From: an uncultured delta proteobacterium
GTDB taxonomy: Bacteria; Myxococcota; UBA727; VGSZ01
Assembly (NCBI GenBank): GCA_963775425.1
Contig: CAVZJB010000017.1
Span: forward strand, 384,001-448,000
Length of the DNA stretch: 64,000 nucleotides
Direction of reading: 5' to 3'
Below the pieces are notes generated by a model. The model searched no databases, was not told the origin of the DNA, and saw only the letters and a list, made by a program, of their open reading frames with translations. The position numbers and the translations under genes are program-made. Below, in pieces: positions 9,523 through 17,876 of the stretch; the first letter of the stretch is position 1; every line of letters begins with the position of its first letter.

Positions 9523-10211
9523 TCGGCGACCGCCATCACAACGCCGACGACGGCTGCGGCCATGCCGAGCCCCGCGCCTCCGAGCGCGACCCACCCCGTC
9601 TGTTGCCAGGTGCGCCGCTCGTCGAGAGGACGCCCGGCGTCGGCAACGAGCGCGTCGGCGACGAGCGCGAGCCCGCCGCCGACGACGGCGACACCGCCGC
9701 CGGCGCCGGCCAGGACGAGGGCGAGCGGCGGTCCCCGCGGCGCGGCCGGCGCGCCGGGTGGCGACCGCGGGTCCGGGGGCGTCGTTCGCGCAAGCTCGGG
9801 TGGCGCCGCTGCCGCGGGCGTCGACGTCGAGCCGGCGGGCGTCGACCCTGGGCTCGCCGGAGCGCGCGTGGCGCGCAATTCGGTGCGAACGAGATCGAAG
9901 AACGTCTTCACCTTCGGCGAGAGCGACTCGTTGCGCGGCGGCAGTTGCGCGTCCGGATCCGCCGAGAGCGCCGCCAGGAAGTGCATGCGCGCCTCCGTCT
10001 CGTCACCCGCGACGCGCGCGGCGATGCCCGCGCACAGGTGCGCGTGCTCGAGCTCGGCGGGCGTGGCGTCGCCCGCCGCGACCGCGAGGGTGTACGCCTC
10101 GAGCGCCTCCTTGTACTCGAGCCCGTCGAGCGCTGCGTCACCTTGCGCGAGGTACGAGGATGCCGCGCTCGTCGGCGACGCCGCGGCGATCAGGAGCGCG
10201 AGGGTCCACAT
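9519..10211 (-). CDS. Exported TPR-like protein with Pro-rich linker and C-terminal Gly-rich hydrophobic segments
   Basis: Signal peptide, TPR-like helices (ALEAY...AHLCAG...ARMHFLAAL), two Gly-rich hydrophobic stretches. Confidence 0.75.
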   Translation of the reverse strand: MWTLALLIAAASPTSAASSYLAQGDAALDGLEYKEALEAYTLAVAAGDATPAELEHAHLCAGIAARVAGDETEARMHFLAALSADPDAQLPPRNESLSPKVKTFFDLVRTELRATRAPASPGSTPAGSTSTPAAAAPPELARTTPPDPRSPPGAPAAPRGPPLALVLAGAGGGVAVVGGGLALVADALVADAGRPLDERRTWQQTGWVALGGAGLGMAAAVVGVVMAVAE

Positions 10212-10259
10212 CCAGCGGCAGGATAGCCTGCGCTCGCCGGCGCGCGCGCGCCGGACACC

Positions 10260-12386
10260 TCACTGCACCGAGCTCTGCAACGTGTACGCGCCCCCGTCGC
10301 CGGCCCCGTAGCCGTCGACCAGGACGAACCACAGACCGTCGCCGGCGCCGTCGCTTTGGAGGGTGGTCTCCACGTCGGAGCAGAGCTGTTGCCCCGGCTC
10401 GAGGTCGTCGTTGCACGCGCCCTGGTACGTGGGCCCCAGGCATGCCCCGTCGCGGACCTCGAGGACGGTGTCGAAGCCGGTGTCGGGGCTGCAGGTCCGA
10501 AGCGACGTCGCGTGCGCGCCCGGACACGTCGCGAAGTACCAGAGCTGGTCCGGCCCGTCCCCGCCGTCGGGGATCACGCACGAAGGCGCGGTGACGTTCT
10601 CGAGGCCGGTGCTGTCGCCGTGCGCCTCGCCCTGCGCGACGTCGAGGAGCGCCGCGTTGCTGCAGCCCGCCTGCTGCAGCTTGAACTGCACGTGGCCGGT
10701 GGCGCCCGCCTCCTTGGCCTTCACCACCGCCGTGTACGGCCCGGCCTCCATCACCCCGAGGAAGTGGCCGCCGCCCGCGGCGTCGCCGCAGCCGTCGTCG
10801 ACGCACAGCGCCTCGTCGGTGCACGCGTTGCCGCGGAAGACCGAGAGGGTGGTGTCGATGTCGGACCCGTAGGTGGACATGTACACGATGCCCGCCGTCG
10901 ACACGTCGAATTGGAAGAAGAGGTCGCCGCCGGCGCCGCCGCAGGACGGGGAGACGTCGCCGGCGTTGTCGGCGGTGATCTCGCCCTGGAAGAGGCCGGA
11001 GCCGTCGATGGTGTGGGCGGTCTTGCAGGTGGCGTTGTCGGTGAGCGGCGCGCAGCCGTCGTCGGGGACGCCGTCGCAGGACTCGTCGCGGCCGTTGCCG
11101 CAGATCTCGGTGGTCGGATCGCAGATGTTCGGGTCGTCGGGGAGCGTCACCGGCACGCGCACGACGTCGTTGGTGTAGTCGAGCTCGCCGAGGACGCGCG
11201 CCGGGTTCACCGCGACCTCGAGGACGTAGTCGCCGGCGGGCACCCCGGTGACGTCGATCCACTGGCAGTCGAGGTGCCGGCCGTAGGTGTCGGCCCAGCC
11301 GACGGAGATGCCCTGGTTTCCGCAGTCGAAGCGCGCGTTGCCCGCGTCCTGGTCGACGGGCTCGAGGTCCTCGAGGCAGAAGGCCTGCTTGTGGCCGGTG
11401 GCCGCCACGTCGCCGTCCTGCGTGAGCAGCCGGTAGTTCGCGTACTGATCGAAGTGGTAGTGCTGGTGGCACGGCGAGAAGTGGAAGAACGGGTTGGCCT
11501 CGGGCCGGCCGACGACGAGGTCGGCGTTGCCGTGGTTGGGCGTGGTGGTCGAGAAGTTCAGGTAGCGCCCCGAGCCCGGCGTGGCGCACGCCTCCTGCAC
11601 GTCGCACGCGTTGTCACCGAAGAACTGGTCGATGACGCGCACCGAGTCCGCGAGCACCTGCGTGTCGACAGTGAGGTCGGCCATCATGCAGGTGTCGTCG
11701 ACGCAATTGGAGGCGGGGCAGCACGCGCCGCCGCAGACGTCGTCGTGACAGACCATGTCCACGGTGACCACGGGCACCGTGATGCTGTTGTTGGAGCCGT
11801 CGCCGTCGAAGACGCCGTCGGGGTCCACGGTGAGGACGAGGCCGTAGTCACCGGGAGGGACGTCGGTGACGTCGAGGAGCGACGACGCCGTGAACGCGAT
11901 CGGCGCCGTACCGCCGGCGGCGGCGAGCGAAAAGCCGGGCTGCACGTCGAGCGGCCCTCCGGCGACGACGGTGCCGTCGCGCGCGACGAGCTTCCAGGTG
12001 ACGAAGCCGAGCAGGGCGTGGCCGCCGCCGCACGCGGCGTCGCCGAGGTGGACGTTGGTGGCCCCCACGCTGAAGTCCCGCGTGCCGTTGTTGCGCATGA
12101 CGAGGTCGAAGCCCATGAGCGCGCGGATGCCGCCCTGCTCGACGGTGCCCGCGGTGACGTCGCAGTCGTCGTCGGCGAAGCGGCGGAAGGAGAAGTGCAC
12201 GCTGGGGGCGACGTCGGTGACGTCGAGGACGAGGTCGACGTCGGCGGGCGGCCGCTCGCCTTCTCCCTCCTCGCCCTCGCCCTCGCCCTCGCCTTCGCCG
12301 CTCGACGTCGAGGGCGCGGGGCAGCCGGCGAGCGCGGCGCCGGCGGCGAGGGTGACGACGAGGAAGAGGCGGGGCGGGCGCGTCAT
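10260..12386 (-). CDS. Lysyl oxidase family lipoprotein (degenerate LOX-like domain + intact LOX domain + Cys-rich/PPC-like domains)
   Basis: Lipobox LAGC, short GE linker, CHQHYH Cu motif, GHKQAFCLED, WADTYGRHLDCQWIDVTGVPAGDY...VNP. Confidence 0.9.
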   Translation of the reverse strand: MTRPPRLFLVVTLAAGAALAGCPAPSTSSGEGEGEGEGEEGEGERPPADVDLVLDVTDVAPSVHFSFRRFADDDCDVTAGTVEQGGIRALMGFDLVMRNNGTRDFSVGATNVHLGDAACGGGHALLGFVTWKLVARDGTVVAGGPLDVQPGFSLAAAGGTAPIAFTASSLLDVTDVPPGDYGLVLTVDPDGVFDGDGSNNSITVPVVTVDMVCHDDVCGGACCPASNCVDDTCMMADLTVDTQVLADSVRVIDQFFGDNACDVQEACATPGSGRYLNFSTTTPNHGNADLVVGRPEANPFFHFSPCHQHYHFDQYANYRLLTQDGDVAATGHKQAFCLEDLEPVDQDAGNARFDCGNQGISVGWADTYGRHLDCQWIDVTGVPAGDYVLEVAVNPARVLGELDYTNDVVRVPVTLPDDPNICDPTTEICGNGRDESCDGVPDDGCAPLTDNATCKTAHTIDGSGLFQGEITADNAGDVSPSCGGAGGDLFFQFDVSTAGIVYMSTYGSDIDTTLSVFRGNACTDEALCVDDGCGDAAGGGHFLGVMEAGPYTAVVKAKEAGATGHVQFKLQQAGCSNAALLDVAQGEAHGDSTGLENVTAPSCVIPDGGDGPDQLWYFATCPGAHATSLRTCSPDTGFDTVLEVRDGACLGPTYQGACNDDLEPGQQLCSDVETTLQSDGAGDGLWFVLVDGYGAGDGGAYTLQSSVQ

Positions 12387-12478
12387 ATGGGACGAACCCT
12401 AGCGGGCCGCCCGCGCGCCGCCGACGGTGGATCGGCTGACATCTCCGACGGGGCCGCGCGTGACGCAGCGCCCCAAGC

Positions 12479-13312
12479 CTACTGCCCGGGCGGGAGGGCG
12501 ACGTGGAGGCAGCCGATGAGCGCCGCGCGCGTCGCGGGCCACGCCTCGCGCGGGAGCGTGTCCGTGCGCAGCGCGCGATCGGCGCGGGCGCGGCAGGCTT
12601 CGCTGGCGGGCTGCACGAAGACGCGGTGGCTCAGCGAGATGAGGGCGGCCTCCTCGGCGTCGCCCGGGTGCGGGAGGCCGTGCCGCCGCTGCTCGCGAAC
12701 GCGCGCGAGGTCGTGCTTGACGCGCGCGGTGTCGGTGGCCCCCGGCGCGTGCCGCGCGAGGTAGGTGCGGAACCAGTGCTCGGCCTGCGCGGGGCAGCCC
12801 TTCATCGCGAAGGCCTCGCCGACGTCGCGCAGCAGGAACGGGATCGCGCGCCCACCGTGCGGCCTCCGCTCCTCGCGCGCCTCGGCGGCGAGCATCTGGC
12901 GCAGGCCGTCGTCGGTGCGGCCCTGGTGAAACCAGAGGAGGAAGCCGTCGTAGTAGAGGTCGTACGTCGCTTCGTCGTACGTGTCGTTCATCCGGAACCC
13001 GTCATGCTGCCCGGGCGGCGGCGCGCGCAGCCGGCCCGGCGCGATGCCGCACGCCGGCGGCGCGTGCCTCTTCGGCGGGGGCATCGTCTTGCGCGGGGGC
13101 GGCTGTCGGGGCGTCGTCTTCGGCGGGGGCGGCGTCTTCGGCGGCGTCGTCTTCGGCGGCGGCGTCGTCTTCGGCGGCGGCGTCGTCTTCGGCGACGAGG
13201 CGACGGAGACGGCGCCCACGACGGCGAGCGGGATCAGCGCGAGCAGCAGGATGGAGAGGAGCGACGGGCGCGCGGGGACGATCTCGGCCGGCGTGTGTCC
13301 TCGAGAGACCAT
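12479..13312 (-). CDS. Membrane-anchored protein with (PKTTPP)n repeat and TPR-like region
   Basis: N-terminal hydrophobic helix, ~6 PKT(T)PP units, TPR-like C-terminal half; start uncertain. Confidence 0.6.
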   Translation of the reverse strand: MVSRGHTPAEIVPARPSLLSILLLALIPLAVVGAVSVASSPKTTPPPKTTPPPKTTPPKTPPPPKTTPRQPPPRKTMPPPKRHAPPACGIAPGRLRAPPPGQHDGFRMNDTYDEATYDLYYDGFLLWFHQGRTDDGLRQMLAAEAREERRPHGGRAIPFLLRDVGEAFAMKGCPAQAEHWFRTYLARHAPGATDTARVKHDLARVREQRRHGLPHPGDAEEAALISLSHRVFVQPASEACRARADRALRTDTLPREAWPATRAALIGCLHVALPPGQ

Positions 13313-13508
13313 CCGTCGATCGTGTCGCGCATCGACCGCTTGGCGCCACGGTGTCCGCGTGACCTGCGTCGCGAGCGACATGTGACGGACCCCGCCGGCG
13401 CGGCACGCGCCACGTCGCGCAGCAGGTCGGCGCTTGCTCGCGGCTTCGCGTGCCTTGCGGCGTCACCGGCCCCGCATTGAAGCGCCGGCGCCCGACCGCC
13501 GGTCCCTT

Positions 13509-15011
13509 TCACTCGGCGCAGCTCGTGGTCGACGGTGGCTGCGCCGGGTCGAGCAGGAAGTCGACGCCGGCGCGCCCGAGGCAATCGATGTCCGGTGCGC
13601 GCGTGTGGCCGTCGCCGGCGTACACGACGAGGAAGCTGCTGTTGGCGAGCGCGTCGCGCATCCCTTCGGCCCACGCGAGCGGTGTGGCCTCGTCGTATTG
13701 CGTGGCGAGCAGCAGGAGCGGCGGCGCGGCGGACGGACCGATCACCGCGGGCCGCTCGGGGTGCACCGGCCACGCGACGTTGCCCGCCTCCGAGCGCGCG
13801 GCCCGCGCCGCAGCGCGGGGCGCGAAGCGCGCGCTGTCGACGGCGACGGCGGCGAGGCCGTCCTCGTCGAGCGCCGGCGAAAACGGCCGGTCGGCGGCGG
13901 TGATGGCCCGAAAGGCGACGACGTCGACGTCGCTGTCGAGGAGCGAGGCGAGCGTCGCCACGCCGCGCGGGTCTCCCTGCACGGCGCGCTCGATGACCGT
14001 GGCCGCCGACGTCCACAACCGGTCGGGCGCGAAGCCGGCGCTCACGAGCACGTCGGTGAGCAACCCGCCGTCGACGTGGACGCCGTCGACGTCGACAGGG
14101 AACGCGTCGAGCACGCCCACCGCGGTGTCGAACGCGTTCGCGATGTCGGACGCGTCGCCGGCCGCGGCGAGCGGACACGCCTCGACGCCGGCGCCGGCGC
14201 ACCAGGCGAAGAACCGATGAAACGCGTTCTCCATCGCCACCGCCTGCTCCTCGACGTGGCGCCGGCCCTCATCGGGGGCGAGCGCCGGTGAGTCGAGCAC
14301 GAAGGCGCGCACGCGATCCGGGAAGAGGGTGGCGTACTCCGCCGCGAGCCGCGTCCCCTCCGACGACGCCACCATGTTGAGGCTGTCCTCGCCGAGCGCT
14401 GCGCGAAGCGCGTCGAGGTCGCGGGCGGCGCTGGCGAGGTCGACGTGCGCGAGACGCGGGTCGGCGGCGCACGCGGCGGCGACGCCGCGCTCCGCGTCGA
14501 ACACGAGATCCCACGCGTGCAGCGTCTCCGGCGCGCGGGGCGCGGCGGCGAGCGCGGCGACGTCGGCGTCGCACGCAACGCCGACGCCGCGCCGGTTCAC
14601 GACCACGCGATCGAAGCGGTCGACGACGTCATCGCCCTCGCCCGCGAGGCCCACGCCGGCGAGGCGCGCGAGGCGTGCGACCGCGGGGATGCCGGGACCT
14701 CCGAAGTCGAAGGTGACGACGCCGATGCGCTTCGCGGGATCGAGCGCGGGGATGCGAGCGACGTCGAGCGACAGACGCGCGCCGCCCGGGTGTTCCCAGT
14801 CCGCCGGCACGTCGAGGACGCCGCACGCGGCGCCGGGCACCGTGGCCATCGGCGATGTCACGGGGCACGCGTGGAGCTCGAGCGCAGGGCGCACCTGCGG
14901 CTGCACCGGCTCCGGCGCGCACGCAGCCGCGGCGACGACGACGCAGCCGGCGACGACGACGCAGCCGGTGACGACGGCGTTCGAGCGCGCAGGCGAGGCC
15001 GGCGACGACAT
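13509..15011 (-). CDS. Secreted alpha/beta hydrolase, TAP (tripeptidyl aminopeptidase)-like, probable lipoprotein
   Basis: CGVLDVPADW, FGGPG, DLDALRAALG, YDEATP, GDGH; nucleophile elbow reads ASSEG. Confidence 0.85.
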   Translation of the reverse strand: MSSPASPARSNAVVTGCVVVAGCVVVAAAACAPEPVQPQVRPALELHACPVTSPMATVPGAACGVLDVPADWEHPGGARLSLDVARIPALDPAKRIGVVTFDFGGPGIPAVARLARLAGVGLAGEGDDVVDRFDRVVVNRRGVGVACDADVAALAAAPRAPETLHAWDLVFDAERGVAAACAADPRLAHVDLASAARDLDALRAALGEDSLNMVASSEGTRLAAEYATLFPDRVRAFVLDSPALAPDEGRRHVEEQAVAMENAFHRFFAWCAGAGVEACPLAAAGDASDIANAFDTAVGVLDAFPVDVDGVHVDGGLLTDVLVSAGFAPDRLWTSAATVIERAVQGDPRGVATLASLLDSDVDVVAFRAITAADRPFSPALDEDGLAAVAVDSARFAPRAAARAARSEAGNVAWPVHPERPAVIGPSAAPPLLLLATQYDEATPLAWAEGMRDALANSSFLVVYAGDGHTRAPDIDCLGRAGVDFLLDPAQPPSTTSCAE

Positions 15012-15126
15012 CCGCGGAGCGTGGCACCGTGCGCCCGCGCTGTGCAGGGGGCGCACGTCACGCGCGGCGAACCGCCCCGTCGAGCGCGGGGCAGGAATGC
15101 GGATGCGAGCGGCGCGGAGCTCGCGA

Positions 15127-15738
15127 TCAGGCGCCGGTGAGGATGGCCTTGATGGAGCCGTAGTCCTCGTCGTGGACGGCGCCGACGCGCAGGCAGCGAA
15201 GGTTGCCGTTGGGGTCGATGAGGGCGTGGATGGGGATGGCGGACGCCTTGTCGGCGCCGAGGTTGGTCAGCACCGCCGGCAGATCGTCCGGCGAGCGCAC
15301 CCAGCGCACCCGGCCGGGCATCGCGCGCTTCTGCAGCCACCCCGTCAACGCGGACTCCTCCTCGTCCACGCTCCACAGCTCGAGGTTGAGCGGTACGCCG
15401 TCCTTCTCGAGGGAGCTCTTCCACTTGCCGAGGAGCGCCATCTCCTCGACGCACGGGTGACACCACGTGGCCCACAAGTTCACCCAACGCCACGCGCCCG
15501 CGGGCGCCGGCGGCGCCTTCGGCGCGTTCGGCACCGGGCGCTCGGGCGGGTCCACGAACTTCTTGCCCGCCTCGCCGGCGGGCCACTGCTTCTCGCAGAA
15601 GTGCGCGGCGGCGGTGGACTTCGCCGGCTTCTTGACCGTGTCGAAGCGCGAAGGCGGCGGACCGGCGGTCTTGTCGTCGCAGCCGGCCGACAGCGCGACG
15701 GCGACGACGATGACGACGAGGGGGAACGAGCGGCTCAT
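15127..15738 (-). CDS. TlpA-family thiol:disulfide oxidoreductase lipoprotein
   Basis: Lipobox LSAGC, NLWATWCHPCVEEM, IP cis-Pro loop. Confidence 0.88.
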   Translation of the reverse strand: MSRSFPLVVIVVAVALSAGCDDKTAGPPPSRFDTVKKPAKSTAAAHFCEKQWPAGEAGKKFVDPPERPVPNAPKAPPAPAGAWRWVNLWATWCHPCVEEMALLGKWKSSLEKDGVPLNLELWSVDEEESALTGWLQKRAMPGRVRWVRSPDDLPAVLTNLGADKASAIPIHALIDPNGNLRCLRVGAVHDEDYGSIKAILTGA

Positions 15739-16418
15739 ATGGAGCAGTCGATCCACGCGACGAACGCGCTGCGGTTGATGTCGCGGCCGCTGCAGTCCTG
15801 CCCGGTGCGCGAGCGGTTCCACTCGCAGAAGTCCTTGCCGAGCTGCGCGTACTCGGCGCCGAGCCACAACAGGCCCACCTTCTTCAGGTCCTCGTCGCCG
15901 GCGAACTTCTCGTTCAAGTGGTCCATGAGCTTCTGCGCGCGGGCCTGCGACAGTTGCGTGTTGTAATCCTTGTCCCCCTCGGGGGACGCGCGCGCCACGA
16001 CGAAGAAGAACGAAGCGCCGCGCTTCTCCGACCAGCTCTTGTCGATCTCCGAGAGGGCGCCGTCGTCGAGGTCGGACTTGTCCTGATCGAATTGGATGAT
16101 GTGCGCGCGGTCTTTCAGCGGCTGGAACAGCGCGTTGAAGTCGTCGCCCGTGAGGGCCGCGACGCTCTTGGCGTCGGCGGGCTTGCAGCCGCGCGCGCCG
16201 TTTTCGAGGAGGCCGCAGGCGCCGGCCACACGGCGCACGACCTGTTTGAGCTGCATGGTGCAGTAGGAGCTCTCCGCCGCGGACGCGATGGGGACGTCGG
16301 AGGCGGCGTCGGTGGAGCCCGCCAGACGCTCGCCGGCGGCCTTCTCGCTGACGACGACGAACGCGAGCGGCAGGACCAGGCAGCCGATGAAGAGGGCGAG
16401 GGAGCGGATGTCGTTCAT
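15735..16418 (-). CDS. OmpA-like (peptidoglycan-binding) domain protein, Cys-rich
   Basis: IQFDQDKSDL, ASPEGDKDYNTQLSQARA, INRS; N-terminal hydrophobic helix; ATGA overlaps on both sides. Confidence 0.7.
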   Translation of the reverse strand: MNDIRSLALFIGCLVLPLAFVVVSEKAAGERLAGSTDAASDVPIASAAESSYCTMQLKQVVRRVAGACGLLENGARGCKPADAKSVAALTGDDFNALFQPLKDRAHIIQFDQDKSDLDDGALSEIDKSWSEKRGASFFFVVARASPEGDKDYNTQLSQARAQKLMDHLNEKFAGDEDLKKVGLLWLGAEYAQLGKDFCEWNRSRTGQDCSGRDINRSAFVAWIDCSI

Positions 16419-17689
16419 CGCCGCCTCCCGCCGCTGCTGCCCTCGAGCATCTTGTTCACCGTGTACTCGAGGCCGAGGTCGGTGTCCTCGTCGCAGACGC
16501 GCTTGTCCCCGATGAAGAGCTGCGGCGTGAGCACGGGCAAGGCGTTGGCCACCGCCCACCGCAGGCTGCGGTTCACGGTGTTCTTGATCTTGGGGGAGCC
16601 CAGACACCCCTTCAAGCGCGGGAACTGCTGCTCCAGGCGCTGCCGGATCCTGGCGTCGTCCTGCTTGGCGAGGTCGCGCAGCTCCTCCTGGTGCTCGAAG
16701 GCGTAGTCGAGGACCTCCTCGGCGGACCCCGTGTCACACAACATGGCCTCGCTGACCGCGCAGGCGCCGGGGTGCACGGACTCTTTCACCATCCAGTTGC
16801 ACTTGGCGTCGAGCGGGAAGAGGACGGCCCTGATGTCGAGCTTCTCGTAGAGGTCACTGGCGCGCATGCGCGCGTCGAAGCCTTTGCAGGCGGGGCACAG
16901 CGGGTCCACGACGGCGACGGCGGGCGTGCCGTGGCCGCGCCCGAGGGGGATCATGATGCCGGCCTCCTCCTTCTTCACGAGCGTGCCGCAGCCCGTGCTG
17001 CTCTTGGGCGAAGCGGGCGCGAACATGACGTAGAAGATGGCGAGCACGGCGACGTAGAGCACGCCCTCGCCGAACTGCTTGGCGTACTGCGGCGTCGGCA
17101 GTTGCGCTGACGGCGCCGGCGCCGCCTTCATGTGCGCGAGGATGGCGCACAGGAGGAGCGTCGCGGACGAGAAGTAGATGCCGATGCAGAGCTTGCAGAC
17201 CGCCCCGATCTTCGTGACGGCGATGGTCGCGAAGATGACGGACATCAACGCGGGGAGAAGCGCGGCGGCGACGAGGTAGAGCGACTCGTGCTTGGTGAAC
17301 GGCTTGTTGGACAGGAGCGTGCGGGAGAAGTGCATGACCATGTAGGCGAACACGGCGACGGCGAGGAGCGAGATGGGGAGGCCGCCCCAGAGTGAGTCGC
17401 GGAACATGGAGCTGTACGGCGACATCATGACGGTGCGGCAGCCGCTCTCCCCGATCTCGGCGCCGGCGCCGGGGATGAAGGAGCAGTGGATCGAGTGCAC
17501 CTGGCGGTCGAGGTGGCTGATGAAGTCGCTCGTGGAGACGCTCGCGAACAGGACGCCGGCGATGGAGGCGACCACGGCGAGGATGAGGGCGCCGGGCTTC
17601 GAGCCGCCCGTGGGCGGGGTCGGGGGGTAGGGCGGATAGGGCGAGCCGCCGTCGGGGCGCTGGTCATCGAACGACATGGGCGTGGCCAT
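16415..17689 (-). CDS. VKOR-DsbA/thioredoxin fusion
   Basis: VKOR loop cysteines (HCSF...GCRTVMMSPYS), TM CKLC motif, C-terminal DPLCPAC and TP cis-Pro. Confidence 0.88.
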   Translation of the reverse strand: MATPMSFDDQRPDGGSPYPPYPPTPPTGGSKPGALILAVVASIAGVLFASVSTSDFISHLDRQVHSIHCSFIPGAGAEIGESGCRTVMMSPYSSMFRDSLWGGLPISLLAVAVFAYMVMHFSRTLLSNKPFTKHESLYLVAAALLPALMSVIFATIAVTKIGAVCKLCIGIYFSSATLLLCAILAHMKAAPAPSAQLPTPQYAKQFGEGVLYVAVLAIFYVMFAPASPKSSTGCGTLVKKEEAGIMIPLGRGHGTPAVAVVDPLCPACKGFDARMRASDLYEKLDIRAVLFPLDAKCNWMVKESVHPGACAVSEAMLCDTGSAEEVLDYAFEHQEELRDLAKQDDARIRQRLEQQFPRLKGCLGSPKIKNTVNRSLRWAVANALPVLTPQLFIGDKRVCDEDTDLGLEYTVNKMLEGSSGGRRR

Positions 17690-17876
17690 CGGAAACCTCT
17701 GCGTCGCATCTTTGCGCAAATGCGATCCCGCCGCGAGTGAAGGGACGGACGCCGTAACCGCCTGCCAGCACGCAGGATTCCGCCGGTGGCACCTCCTCCT
17801 ACATCGATCCACCAGCGACGTCGCGCGCACATGTGCCGATAACTCCCGAGATCACCCGACGACCTCAGGGGAGCAC

